From NCBI RefSeq assembly GCF_001194135.2, contig NC_068998.1, forward strand, positions 22,622,984 through 22,655,808: 32,825 bases of DNA. Direction: 5' to 3'. A program made the translations under genes and the position numbers. The notes below the pieces were generated by a model that saw only the letters and a list, made by a program, of their open reading frames with translations, searched no databases and was not told where the DNA came from. The DNA comes from Octopus bimaculoides. Taxonomy: Eukaryota. Below, piece after piece: positions 9,811 through 21,557 of this stretch. Within the stretch, counting starts at the first letter, position 1, and each line of letters starts with the position of its first letter.

Positions 9811-10515
9811 CCTCAAGCAGGAGCTAAAATCTGTCAGTGAAATTCTCCGACATCAGAAGAGAATAACAGAGAGAAGAAAAATAAACAAATATTTAACCGT
9901 AACCAGGCAGCTGTATAAAGAGACAAGGGAGGAGAAGCAGCAAACAACATGGAAGCTCCTTCACGAGAAGACATAAACTCCTTCTTGAGGAAAATCTGAA
10001 AAGAAGGAATTTAATTAAACATTTTGGCTGGAAGAAATCCCTAAAAATGTATTGCTCCTGCATACAACATTGATGGTGAAACTCTTGCAACTGTGGTCCA
10101 GAAACACCAGAATGGAAAAGCAACTAGAAGTTAACGTTCTACCGACCATACCTTATCAATCTGTACCAGCAAGATTTTATTGGGAACAGTAGCATACCAC
10201 ACCGATTAGCTCTGGCAGGGACAAAATTGATCCCCAAATGCAGAATAACTCACATGGCAAAAAGCCATTGGCCAGTTGCATGCCAGAACTTAATGTATAA
10301 AATATATATTCAGCATGTTTAAATCACCTCCTCCAGGACCATTGTAAAACCAATAATATTATCACAGCAGAACAAGCAGCTGGGAAGAAGGGTGTTTGAG
10401 GATGTGCCGTGCAATTGTTAATCAACAAAACTGTGATGTCAGAAGTGCGAAAGCTTTGGAGGAACCTAGTTTCAATGTGGTTAGACTACAAGAAAGCCTT
10501 TGACTCAGAGCCATA
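9811..10515 (+). mobile_element. RT N-terminal fragment (domains 0-3) of an R4-like LINE
   Basis: TKLIPK; CQNLMYKIYSACLNHLLQDHCKTNNIITAEQAAGKKGV*GCAVQLLINKTV..WLDYKKAFDS; ends at an A run. Confidence 0.85.
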
Positions 10516-10768
10516 AAAAAAAAACGAGAAATACTGCCGAGAATTTTTACAAAAACTTATCAATATGAAAATTGCTGATTCTCTTTCAACTCTTTCATAA
10601 CTAAAATATTACTAATCTTAGTTTTTTGATTCCTGTTTCCTTTCCTTGTAATATATCATTGCTAATTATAAATCACATCCGTATTAAAATGTCCGACTAT
10701 TTGATGTTACTCGACGTGTCTGAATGAGACTGAGAATTGGTCGTATATAAAAAAAGTAGCAATAATAT

Positions 10769-10953
10769 TGTTGTGTCGACGCCCCCAAGCGAAGAAGTAG
10801 GATCGCTCAAGACATATAAATAGATGTAGTCTGGCCGCAGTAGGAGTTGAGTAGCTGTTCAGTAGCTGTTGAGTAGCAGTCGAGTAGAGATCATCCGAAT
10901 GTGCTAGATAGCTGTAGCTTGAGACATAACACATATAAAAAATAATAATGACA
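10769..10953 (+). mobile_element. Possible small solo LTR or other insertion
   Basis: TG...CA ends; CAATAATATT direct repeat at 10760-10769 and 10952-10961; TATAAATA at 10815; about four 11-bp GAGTAGCTGTT-like units. Confidence 0.35.
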
Positions 10954-13245
10954 ATAATATTAATAATTTCTATGATGTCTAAGACAGACACAAGGATACA
11001 CATTGACTTGGATCTGCACATCGTATTTTGTATATAAACCTGGAAGTATGAACAGGAATATAAAGTGTGGTAAATTTCAGTATTAGTTTTAATTGGACAT
11101 AGATACTTGTGTCTCTCCACTTTAAGTATTGAGTTTAAATCAACTTCCCAAGTAGTAACAGTAACGGGTAAAAAGAATATAAATATATGGGAAATAGAAG
11201 CTTCCCTGAACAAAGTTGTACTGTTATCTTGCATTTATTATGTTCTGATAAATTAAAAAATAATCGGAAGTGCACGGACAGAAACGAAATAGATAACTTT
11301 TGAAACATTAATTATAAGCGAAAATGTTACTTATAAGAGAAATCATACTTATAAGCGAAAATCATACAGTTGTAACAAATTGTAATGTACCTGGATATAA
11401 GGATGAATAATACCGTTAACTCAATTAATGTTACTTTCAATAAGCGTCTGATTGCACTCCAGACACGAATTTCCCAGCTTTTTGTAACTATCTTGCTTTC
11501 ACACAGGTGAGAGCTAATCACCAATGCATACGTGCATTACTCATCTCGTTTACCTTTCAAATTTGCGCATGTTGTATATTCAATAGTGAAATACAAATAA
11601 TGATTTTTAATGATACCGCATGTTAATAGCATTGTAGAACAGGAATTATTAGAACGAACATTATTAAATTTTGCAATAAAATATGTCAAAATATCAAGCC
11701 ACATGTCATTAAAGTAGACTTGGTATTAGAGATTCCGGTTATCAAATTCGATATTTACTAGGTTGGTTGTTTCTCTTATGATACGTACACGGATCCTATA
11801 CTCGTTAATGTAATGTGTGGTCTACTTAGATGATACAGCAAATAAATATTATTGTATTTGATATTAACAATGTTTGTTTTAACTACATGGAAATCTCAAC
11901 TCTGTCCAATTCATCAACGATAAGGCATCAGTAGTCCCCTTAATATATATTGTGCCTCTTGCATTTCATAACATTTACACTAGACTTCAAATCTTCTTTT
12001 GTTGGATAATGCAAAGGTGCCTGTCATCATTTTTTCATTTTGAGACATAGCTATTGAGAGAAAGTAATATAACAATCATTTATTTCAACATCGAATTTAA
12101 ATGATTTTCGTGTTATGTAAAATCCTTAAAATTATACTTCAGTTTTGGGTTGTATTATCCCGTTCATATAATTAGCATCCGTTTCAGTATATATCTTTGA
12201 AATCACCCTGATACGTTTACAAACGTTTTGAAAATATTGTAAATGTTTAAAATTGAAAACAGCTTCGTTGCAAATGCTGCAAGAATTAATTGGAACTATA
12301 AAAACATGTAATAACTATATACAATGTTAATACAGCGTATGTAGATATCAAACTCAGTTCAATAGACAGTATACCTTAAAACAACCTGCGTACCACTATA
12401 TCAATACTTCTTTATATCAATTAACCTAACAGGTATAAATATAATCTTAGTAGATTACTGAATGATATAATAGGTAGAATATATATTACTTCTTAAAAAT
12501 ATCTCTACAGATATTCAATAGAGATTATAGCGAAAGGTGATTTGTTACGCCTTTTCATATCCCAGACGTCAGATGTAAGCAAACAATGAGATCGAAGATG
12601 AATAATAGGGTAATAGGTGTTATCATATTTCGTGGGGTTTTGCACATTTATCAGTAACCGTCTAACCTTTTAATCATCCTCGAAAACATTGCTTCAATAG
12701 CTACTATATACAGCGGTGTAATGTTATTGGATACACCTATTTTACATATTAAACGCTCTCCTGAAAGCTAGTACGTAACTACTGATGACTTGTAGTTACG
12801 TGGTATTTCGTTGCGCAACCATAATATTCTATAAACTATATTAAATGTTTTTATCAGTCCATACCACGTTCTACTGCGTTAGCAGTGCAATTAACCTAGC
12901 TTGTTAAGACTAACTCTACAGATATGCTATAGAAACTATAGGCAAAACTTGGCTATAATTACTGTGAAATATATGTAGATATAACGCAGTAGAACCCAGT
13001 GTTCATTTGTGAGAACGATTAATAAACTTTATAGTATATTGCACAACGTAAAACCGAGTACCTCCAAGTAATTACTAGAAATATATAGTATTGTGTTATT
13101 GCATATTTGTATGTGTCTGTGCGTGTGAGTTATTTTGCTTGAATAAGCAGATATGTTTACTTAGAAGCACTCCAATCATATATTGTACACATAACCGTGT
13201 ACATGCATGTATATGTATGTATGTATACATGTATGTATGTATGTA

Positions 13246-14945
13246 TCTTCTGGAAGGTGGTTTAACATGTTCAAATCATCTCTGATGTAACTTTTGATGT
13301 GTTTTAAGTATGGCTTTAGTAGAATGTCCATGAAGTAACTTAATCGATGGGTTTCATAGGATGGGCTAGATATGATGGGTCGTAATTTTAGGTCTCCTGG
13401 TATTGGTGTATGTATGTATGTTTGTGGTGAGTTTTTGATGGCCTCGTTAATAGTTCGACTTTTGTGAATTTTGGGTAGACCATATACTAGACTGGGATTA
13501 CATTTGAAATTTGTCAGGGAATCTGTTTCCTTTTTTGTAAGGTATTTTCCATGGGCTCGAATTAGTGAGAAATGGTTTTTCATTGCTTTGGGGTGTAGTT
13601 ATTGATGTTTTCATAGTAGTGATTATTATCTAATATGTACACAACTAGTGTTTTGCAGTAGGATGTGTTCATGATTACCACTGCACTTCATTTATCTGCT
13701 TCTTTGATTGTTATGTCATTATCATTCCGCTATTCAGTTTATTCCACTGAATTTTGTTGAAGTTTGAGGTAGTTTTTGTTTGTGTAGGCTGAGGTAGGGG
13801 AAATGTTCGATGTGATTACAGAATTCATCTAGGCTTTTATGTTTTCCTCTGTGGGGTGTATATTCATTTTTTTTTTTTTAACCTGTGATTCATCATGATC
13901 ATCAAAGTCAGCCAGTGCTTCTGCAAGTCGTAACTTCCTACAGAATTTCGAGATACTGTCCTTAATTTTCATTTTGATTGAATCTCGGAGATGATATCTA
14001 CCTTTGTCGTTGACGTTTGAGAGAAAGGTTAATAACCTTCGACTTTTCCCGTGTCTCGGGTTCAACCCTGTGTCCTGTTTCCTCTGGTGTGGGGTTAAAA
14101 AGTGTTGGTTATCTTGGTATGAGCTGTTTGTGTAGGGATTGGATGTATGATGATGTTGTCTTAGATTGTTTTATGTGTTTGGGTGTCTGGTGGTTCCATG
14201 TTTGGTGTTAGGCGTAATCCAAACTAAATCCCCTATTCTCTGGTCGGTGGCTGTAAAGTGCTGGTTGTTTTTTTTGTGTATGGGTACTTCGTGTAAAACT
14301 GGTGGATTTTGTTTGGTGTATGTTGGTGTTGTGGTTTTAGATTGTTATATATGTATGGGTGTCTGTAGAATCTACGTTCGTTATTGTGTCTGGTGCCTGG
14401 TGTTTTCAGTAGTCCCCGGTAGGGATGAAACTCGCTGAATGAACTGAGGTACCAAGTGGAACTTTTGGTCTGTGGGTTGCTCCTGCTCCTTGTAGGTTTT
14501 TGTGGTATTTTGTGGGCGCGAATATTTCTGAGGTGCGTGGTGGTTATGTTTGGTACTTGACAGTGGCTAATGGTATCTGTCCATGGTGCATACATGAAAG
14601 GGAGTGCTTATGTGGTTGTTTCTTATCATGTTCTCATGGGTGGAAAAAGCTTCTTCGTTGTTTAATTTTCTTTGGTTATTTTGTGTTCTTTTCATCAGAT
14701 ATGGATTGTCATAATAGGTATCCTCTTTGGAATTTGATGCATACCTATGGAAATAATTATTAATTTTCTCCCAGCGTTAAAGGGATGTTCTTTCCTGTGT
14801 TTCACATGTTTGCTTCTTTCCAGAGATTAATAATATTTTCAAGTGAGTGTTCGTTTGTGTGTTTGTTTATTTCCTTGTGCATCTCTTCGTCGATGTTTTT
14901 GTATTTTTCTTCATTGTTTGAGGCTGTAAGTTTTAGTAGCTCAAT
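13246..14945 (-). mobile_element. Penelope-like element PLE2 (N-terminal region + RT N-terminal half; truncated at a TATG repeat)
   Basis: KVINLS; ISKFCRKLRLAE; IKEADK.SAVVIMN; VYGLPKIHKS; LKLRPIISSPSYETHRLSYFMDILLKPYLKHIKSYIRDDLNMLNHLP (ORF track 13176-13583 and 13829-14065). Confidence 0.9.
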
Positions 14946-15044
14946 TCAAGTAGTTAAAGGAATGAAAAAACAAACTAATGAAAATAAACTGCGGTAGATT
15001 TAATAAATTCAAAATAACGCAATTCATTTTGATAAAAAAAATAA

Positions 15045-15429
15045 TTAACATATTCAAAATGCTCCCCTTCGTTTTCAGTGCAATGTTGAACCCTACCAGC
15101 AATACTACTACAAACCTTTTGATCCATTTTCGTGTTAATTTAAGAAAAAAAAAACTTTTCAGAATTTGCTTGCTTTAATTCATAAATTGTTTTCGGATTC
15201 AGTGAGTAAAGAAGACCTTTCAGTACACCGACAAGAAAAAATTACGTGGTGTTAGGTCTCACAATCTCGTTGTAATCTCAATTGCTCCACGTCCTCCTAC
15301 CCTCCTCAAAATTAAGATTTCATCATTCCTGAACGTTTTATCCATAGTGAAGTGGTGTACCATCCTGTTGAAAGTAGAAAACTATAAACATACAAATAAG
15401 AAAGGGCTTTACTTCTGCTGTACCCTGTA
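15045..15429 (-). mobile_element. Internally deleted Tc1/mariner-superfamily element
   Basis: Minus strand begins TACAGGGT (TIR-like), then FYFQQDGTPLHY, GRGAIEITTRL*DLTPRNFFL..LKGLLY..PKTIYELK and HCTENEGEHFE. Confidence 0.7.
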
Positions 15430-15430
15430 C

Positions 15431-15432
15431 AA

Positions 15433-15486
<54 letters not shown>

Positions 15487-15707
15487 CGAGAGATAGATAG
15501 ATAGACAGACAGACAGATAGACAGGCAGATAGACAGACAGACAGATAGACAGACATAGAGTCAGACAGACAGCCAGACAGACAGACATACAGACAGATAG
15601 ATAGATAGATAGATACAGTTCTTTTATTAGCCACACAGGGCCCAACGAAGATGGGACAAATACAATGTAGAGCTTTTCTTTTTGGGAGGGGGAAGGAAGG
15701 AAAAAAA

Positions 15708-15740
<33 letters not shown>

Positions 15741-15745
15741 CATAC

Positions 15746-15796
<51 letters not shown>

Positions 15797-15800
15797 GATA
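15431..15800. repeat. Compound microsatellite block (CA)n(TA)n(AGAT/AGAC)n ... (GATA)n
   Basis: Directly visible; interrupted by ~95 bp of unique sequence at 15616-15710. Confidence 0.95.
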
Positions 15801-15939
15801 AAAGATTTTCATTTTCATGAATAATGTTGATAGTGATACCGAGGATTAGATTTGCTACGCCTAGCTCGGACTAACTGATAAGTGTTTACCGAGCCGATAT
15901 TTCGAAGGGACTGTCAACAATATTATTTTAAACATATAG

Positions 15940-16338
15940 TCTTTTACTCTTTTATTTGCTTCAGTCATTTGACTGCGGCCATGCCGGAGCACTGCTTTTA
16001 GTGAGCAAATCGACCCCATGCCTTATTCTTTGGAAGCCAAGTACTTATTCTATGGGTTTATTTTGCCGAACCGCTATGTTACGGGGACGTAAACACACCG
16101 CCATCGGTTGTCAAGCGATGTTGGGGGGACAAACACACAAACATATACACGCACATACATATATACATATATACGACGAGCTTCGTTCAGTTTCCGTCTA
16201 CCAAATCCACTCATAAGGCTTTGGTCGGCCCGAGGCTATAGTAGAAGACACTTTCCCAAGGTGCCACGCAGTTCGGACTGAACCCGGAACCATGTGGTTA
16301 GTAAGCAAGCAACTTACCACACAGCCTCTCCTACCCCT
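15940..16338 (-). mobile_element. tRNA-derived SINE resembling octopus OR-type SINEs, near full length
   Basis: Minus strand: GGCTGTGTGGTAAG (A-box-like)..GGTTCAGTCC (B-box-like)..GGCACCTTGGGAAAGTGTCTTCTACTATAGCCTCGGGCCGACCAAAGCC..GGTAGACGGAAACTG core, a microsatellite, then the tail ..GGCCGCAGTCAAATGACTGAAGCAAATAAAAGAGTAAAAG. Family name is from recall. Confidence 0.85.
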
Positions 16339-17256
16339 ACAATAGATATCTAATCGACAGTAAGTACTGTGTAATCCTCTAGTATAATGTACTCCTTTTA
16401 AAACAGGTTAAAACTCGATACAAATCCACAAATATATATATATCTGTATGTGTGCATCTATGTGTATAAAAATGAGGGGATTGAGGAAGAACGAGAGAAA
16501 GAGCAATGCGCGCCTATCGATAAACATAAGAGCGAATCAACATGTCCCCCTTATTGAAATAAACGCCTGTAAGGAAAAATGTGCTGCTTTAAAAATATAT
16601 TCTAGAAGTGTATTAAGATAATTTTGTTCGAAATATTAACGTATGATATATTTCTTTTTATAGTAACATAAACAGTATTTCTTTTTGCTTTCTAAAATTT
16701 ATGTTATGCTGATATCATATATAATCAGTTATACGATTTATAGCTGTCAAGTTTCTGTTCAGAAATGATCGCATCTTCTCTAGTCTTTCAGTCATGTTTT
16801 TGTTGATGCAGAATTGTAAGTTGCTGGTGCTTCCTATAGCGTAATTCATTATGGTTTGTAAACTGCTGAAAATAATTTACTATGCACTTCTTAAACCTCT
16901 AAACCATAGCACTGTGTTTGCCACTTTTGAATCCTTCGCACTGTCGAGTCATCTTTCTGTACGCATCCCGTTTTAACTTTATTGTAAGTTCGAATACGAG
17001 CTTGCAATCCTGTTTAGTGACTTAAATCTTTTTTTTTTTTTTTATATCTATGCACCATCTCTAAAATTGTATAATTGACAGATAATTATTTGACATTTTC
17101 TTATTTTCTTACAGGTTTGATATATATATACCGAATTACTTGTAAGGATTTATATATATTATTTTCTTACAAGAAATATGATTCATATTAAAATTCTAAA
17201 TTTGAAAGGAAATGATTGGGAAAAAACAACGGGCTCTTTAAGACTAGATGTATTTA

Positions 17257-17356
17257 GTCGATTTGATCGACTAAAACCCGGTAAGTCAGTGCCCCAGCGG
17301 CGCCGCAGTCAAATGACTGGAACAAGTAAAAAAATAAAATAAAGAAGTAAAAGAAT
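17257..17356 (+). mobile_element. 3' tail fragment of the same OR-like SINE
   Basis: GTCGATTTGATCGACTAAA..GCCGCAGTCAAATGACTGGAACAAGTAAAA matches the reverse complement of 15940-16015. Confidence 0.85.
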
Positions 17357-17989
17357 AGATATGGGGAATGTGGTATATTTTTGCGGTGCATCACGGAAAT
17401 TAGTGTTAATATCAGTTTTATCAGAACTACATAAAATACAAAAGTAAATAAAAACATAACGCCTGATTTGTTCCACAATACGAAATCGCTCAGATTTTAA
17501 ATCAGTTATATGAATAATGCTACAGCTTTCTTTCATGAATTATTTTCGTTCTTGACATATTAATGTAAATCGGGGAATTATATGTAAATTAATGTATATC
17601 GTGCATAGTATGTTGAGGATTTACGTGCAGGGATATCATACATGTGCATAGATACACACACAAAAGCTCTAGTACACACGAACAGACAGACGGACACAGA
17701 CACACATTCTCACAATCATATGCGCATGGGCTCATATATTTACTATGATGTAATAGAATGGAATATACGAGAAGTTAAATTGAATTGCTTGGAGAAAGTA
17801 TAATGCAATGAAAAATGTCATGGACTAGTATTTGGTAAAGGTAAGCGAATGATTATAATCTACAGCGCTTATGAAAATATCATTGACATTACTAATATCC
17901 CGGCAGGAGTAAAATATTACCCAGTGGATATGAACGTCTTGTTCCTCATTCTTTGGATTGTGACCATGTCGCGATAACTTACTTTGAAC

Positions 17990-18300
17990 AATACGCGTAT
18001 TCCATCCCATGCAGCTGTGGTAGGTTATACAAAGGCGAAACACGCCGCCCCCTGAAAATAAGGGTAGAGGAATATCACCAAGCTTTGACACGACGAGATA
18101 TTGATCAATCGGGTATAGCTAATTATGTATGGAAAAATGGAGGCATCCACCCCTGTGGGATGAAGTTAAAATAATAGACAGAGAACACCACTGGAAAATA
18201 CGAAAACTGAAAAAAAAGTAGCACATATCCTAGGACACAAGAACCTCATAAGCAGACCGAGTGCATATATGAATAGAATGTGGGAACTGGTATTAAGTAT
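17990..18300 (+). mobile_element. GIY-YIG endonuclease 3' fragment of a Penelope/Poseidon-type PLE
   Basis: AYSIPCSCGRLYKGETRRPLKIRVEEYHQA..SGIANYVW..WDEVKIIDREHHWKIRKLK..AHI. Confidence 0.85.
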
Positions 18301-18353
18301 GGATACGAAAATATTAGTTTTATAAGCTCTAAAAATTCACTCCATAATTGCTC

Positions 18354-18628
18354 ACGGGAATATGGCGTAGTGGTTAATAGCGCGGACTACTAACCCCAAG
18401 ATTCCGAGTTGAATTTCAGGCAGCAACCTGAATAACGATAATAATAACAATAATAACATGGAAATGAGAACCCGGGTTCAAAACATTCCCCCAAGACACC
18501 TGATGAAGGCTGGAAAGTATATCAACCGAAACGTTGTGCTAACAACAAACAATATGAGGACTAATATCCGGCGAATGTAAATAATGTAAATAATGTACAT
18601 AATTCGTCATATCTTAAATATAGGACTG
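18354..18628 (+). mobile_element. Composite element copy C (complete: A box, B box, AAT/AAC repeat, hammerhead, TGTAAATAA tail)
   Basis: A box TGGCGTAGTGG at 18363-18373; CTACTAA loop; degenerate B box GAGTTGAATTTC; CTGATGA at 18500-18506; GAAACGTT at 18528-18535. No T4 run inside the element. Confidence 0.9.
18495..18540 (+). ncRNA. Minimal hammerhead ribozyme (copy C)
   Basis: GACAC-CTGATGA-A-GGCTG(loop)CAACC-GAAA-CG-TT-GTG: intact core with one stem II mismatch. Confidence 0.75.
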
Positions 18629-18864
18629 TATTCACAAAGAAAGTAACAAAAGTAGAGAAGGAATAAATGCCAAAATATTAACTATACACAGACAGAAAAT
18701 TATAAAATGTCGGCAAAGAAAGAAAACAAATTTCTAACAAATTCCTGGTTTCATATAAAATTAACTTTCAGCGGGCTATTGATAATGTAAGGCTTCTCTT
18801 GAAAATGCGGATATTTTAATCGTAATATGCAGTAGATACATTTAGGCTTATGTGCACATATGCT

Positions 18865-18907
<43 letters not shown>

Positions 18908-19929
18908 NNNNNNNNNNNNNNNNNNNNNNNNNNNNNNNNNNNNNNNNNNNNNNNNNNNNNNNNNNNNNNNNNNNNNNNNNNNNNNNNNNNNNNNNNNNNN
19001 NNNNNNNNNNNNNNNNNNNNNNNNNNNNNNNNNNNNNNNNNNNNNNNNNNNNNNNNNNNNNNNNNNNNNNNNNNNNNNNNNNNNNNNNNNNNNNNNNNNN
19101 NNNNATATATATAATCCAAACTAATATTTTCTGCTTGTATTCGCTGTTATAAAATTCGTTATCGAGAACTACCAATGCATATCAAGATTTTTAAAAGATT
19201 GAAATATGTCAGTTTTCGGGATACATACGTCTAAGACGCTTTACACATATCTACACATATAGAAACATTTCGAAGAAAAAGTGATATGAATAATATATAA
19301 GTTAAATTGGCAAACTTTACTTCAGAAATATATGTAATTTAATTAAACCATGTTCAAACCTCTGAGATTAATCAACGCTAGAGAATTTTAATTCCACATG
19401 GTACTTAAATTTTGCATAATTATTTTATTTTATTTATATAAAAGTATCTAATTCTTTTTATAGGTATGTAAATGCTACAATTGAAATATATTTACATTCA
19501 TGCTTTTATCAAATTTGATGTCTCAGATTTACTTGAGGTTTTGGTTGCTAAATCCATTCCTGAAAGGATCCATTTTTCGCTATCTAAATTAGCGTCTTGT
19601 CAATGTGTAACTCGTTATAGTTGCCGTCGGTAAAGATTTCATTATCAGGTCCACTTAATACAAGATATCACCGGAATCGGCGTCTTGATCTTCCAGTATG
19701 CGTACAATTTTCACCAGACTACTGCTGAATGTAATAACTATTTTGCTATTCATCACATGGGTCCTTTAACATTTGTGCATACTTTTTTGTTGACATTCCA
19801 ATGAAACATGTATGTAACAAGTTCCTTGACATCATGCGTATATCATTTATAATTTGCATAGTTTTGGGATTAAGGTAAAGTTCTTGTAAGCGAATATGAT
19901 TTAATAGCAAAACTTATTTGTTCCAAATT

Positions 19930-20460
19930 TGCGAAAACTTATACGAACCCATTAAACCAATTTGCGTACATCTCCGATAGTACGCAAGTGTCGATGAATG
20001 GTTGAATGACCAAATTCAAGCCTGTCTGTTAGTTCCTCAACAATTACGATGGGATTGTTTTCCACGAAAGTTTACAGGAAGTCCTCGTTAAGCTCTATAC
20101 ATCCTCTAGGTGGACTCACGTCTTCTAGGTGGTAGTTTCCGGCTCAGAATTTCTGGAACTACCGTTGAAAAAGGCTTACGCATGTCGTCCGATCCTGCAT
20201 TAATATTCGTCGCACTTTCTGTTGCGTTGATGCCTTTATTGAACGCACAAAGCAAAATACGCCGAATAAGTTCCTTTATCACTTCCATTACAGCTTCGAA
20301 AAAATTGACTGTTAAAATCGAACTGCACTCTTCAAAATTTGCAGTAAGAATAAGTCGAAGAGAAAATTACTACCTGTTTTTATAGCGAGTTGATGCAGGT
20401 AGTTTGTCTTGTCCCACTCAGACTTTTAATTCATGCAATTAAAAAAAACTCCATTTTGTA
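19930..20460 (-). mobile_element. mariner transposon 5' part (N-terminal HTH region), decayed
   Basis: MEVIKELIRRILLCAFNKGINATESATNIN..; IELNEDFL..PIVIVEELTDRLEFGHSTIHRHLRTIG..L..WV, which is the mariner HTH region leading to the WVPHEL motif. Confidence 0.85.
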
Positions 20461-20775
20461 GGGGCTGACCTAATACATTGACTCCTTTTCTGTTATCGAA
20501 TGCTATAAAAGATAAAGCTACGTCTTGAACCATTGACTTCCTCGAGAGGCAACACTCAGTTCACTGACTTTTCAAAATGTAAAAGCAATTTAGCACAATG
20601 TAAATTAGGATTTGCTATAAATTCAATGGCGATGTCAATCATTATCACCTAAGTTTATTATATTACTGGAGTGAGATGCTCCCCGACAGTAAGATTAATT
20701 AAAAAATTTTGATAAAAAAAAGTGTTGTTCAATTGATTAAAATAAGTTGCGACACGTCATGACATCATATAGTTT

Positions 20776-20993
20776 TATTGGGTTGTCCGAAAAGTTCATG
20801 CCGATTTTTAAAGGAACGAAAAAGTTCAATAAATACTTGCCATTACATTTTAAATCAACTAAATATGAACCATTGTGTTGCAAAATGCGTCTCCATCTTT
20901 CCCTTAAATTTAAAATACCCTTTTCCCAGAACTTAGGTGGTTTCATGGCAACTAAGTCGAAAGGTAAGCTACTATAAATCGGCACGAACTTTT
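20776..20993 (-). mobile_element. mariner deletion derivative (MITE-like) with both TIRs
   Basis: TATTGGGTTGTCCGAAAAGTTCATGCCGATTT at the left end and AAATCGGCACGAACTTTT at the right. The interior encodes KPPKFWEKGILNLRERWRRILQHNGSYLVD (mariner C-terminus). Confidence 0.85.
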
Positions 20994-21003
20994 ATCGCAT
21001 GTA

Positions 21004-21483
21004 GATTATGCTCAGAGACAAATAGTTTAGAATTACTTTCTAGATAGCTTTTGAAAAGTTTGTTTAGTGCAGATACATAATTCAATTTACATTTGTGAAA
21101 TATATGTATATGTGTGTGTGTGTGTGTGTATGTACGTCATTATGTATACATATACATATATATATGTATATATATGCATATATGTATAGATATGTAGGAC
21201 GGAGGCTGCTGTTGATTAGCTCCGATAGGCAATCGCCTCTAGCTAACTACGTGACACAGAAGTCTGCGTCTATAACACCTTCGAACGGGGGAGGTAATCG
21301 CCTTCCCCTTGCTGGCTCGCTATTCAAAGACCGGTTTCTGGGTATATGCCCCTTATCAATGTAGAGTAGCTGGAAATCAGTGATTATGCTCAATTTAGCA
21401 GAGACAAAAGGTGTAGAATTACATTCTAGATAGCTTTTGAAATGTTTGTCTCGTGCAGATACATATCTCAATTTACATTTGTG

Positions 21484-21557
<74 letters not shown>

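Noticed and set aside
10707-11234. 175-aa minus-strand ORF
   Set aside because: No recognisable domain; it crosses the LTR-like insert and AT-rich low-complexity sequence.
12330-12990. Scattered short matches (CTCTACAGATAT, CAATTAACCTA, ATGTAGATAT) suggesting an ancient duplication
   Set aside because: Matches are short, AT-rich and not clearly collinear.
16700-16880. Possible minus-strand exon after TTTTCAG (SLQTIMNYAIG..ERLEKMRSFLNRN)
   Set aside because: No recognisable homology and no partner exons identified.
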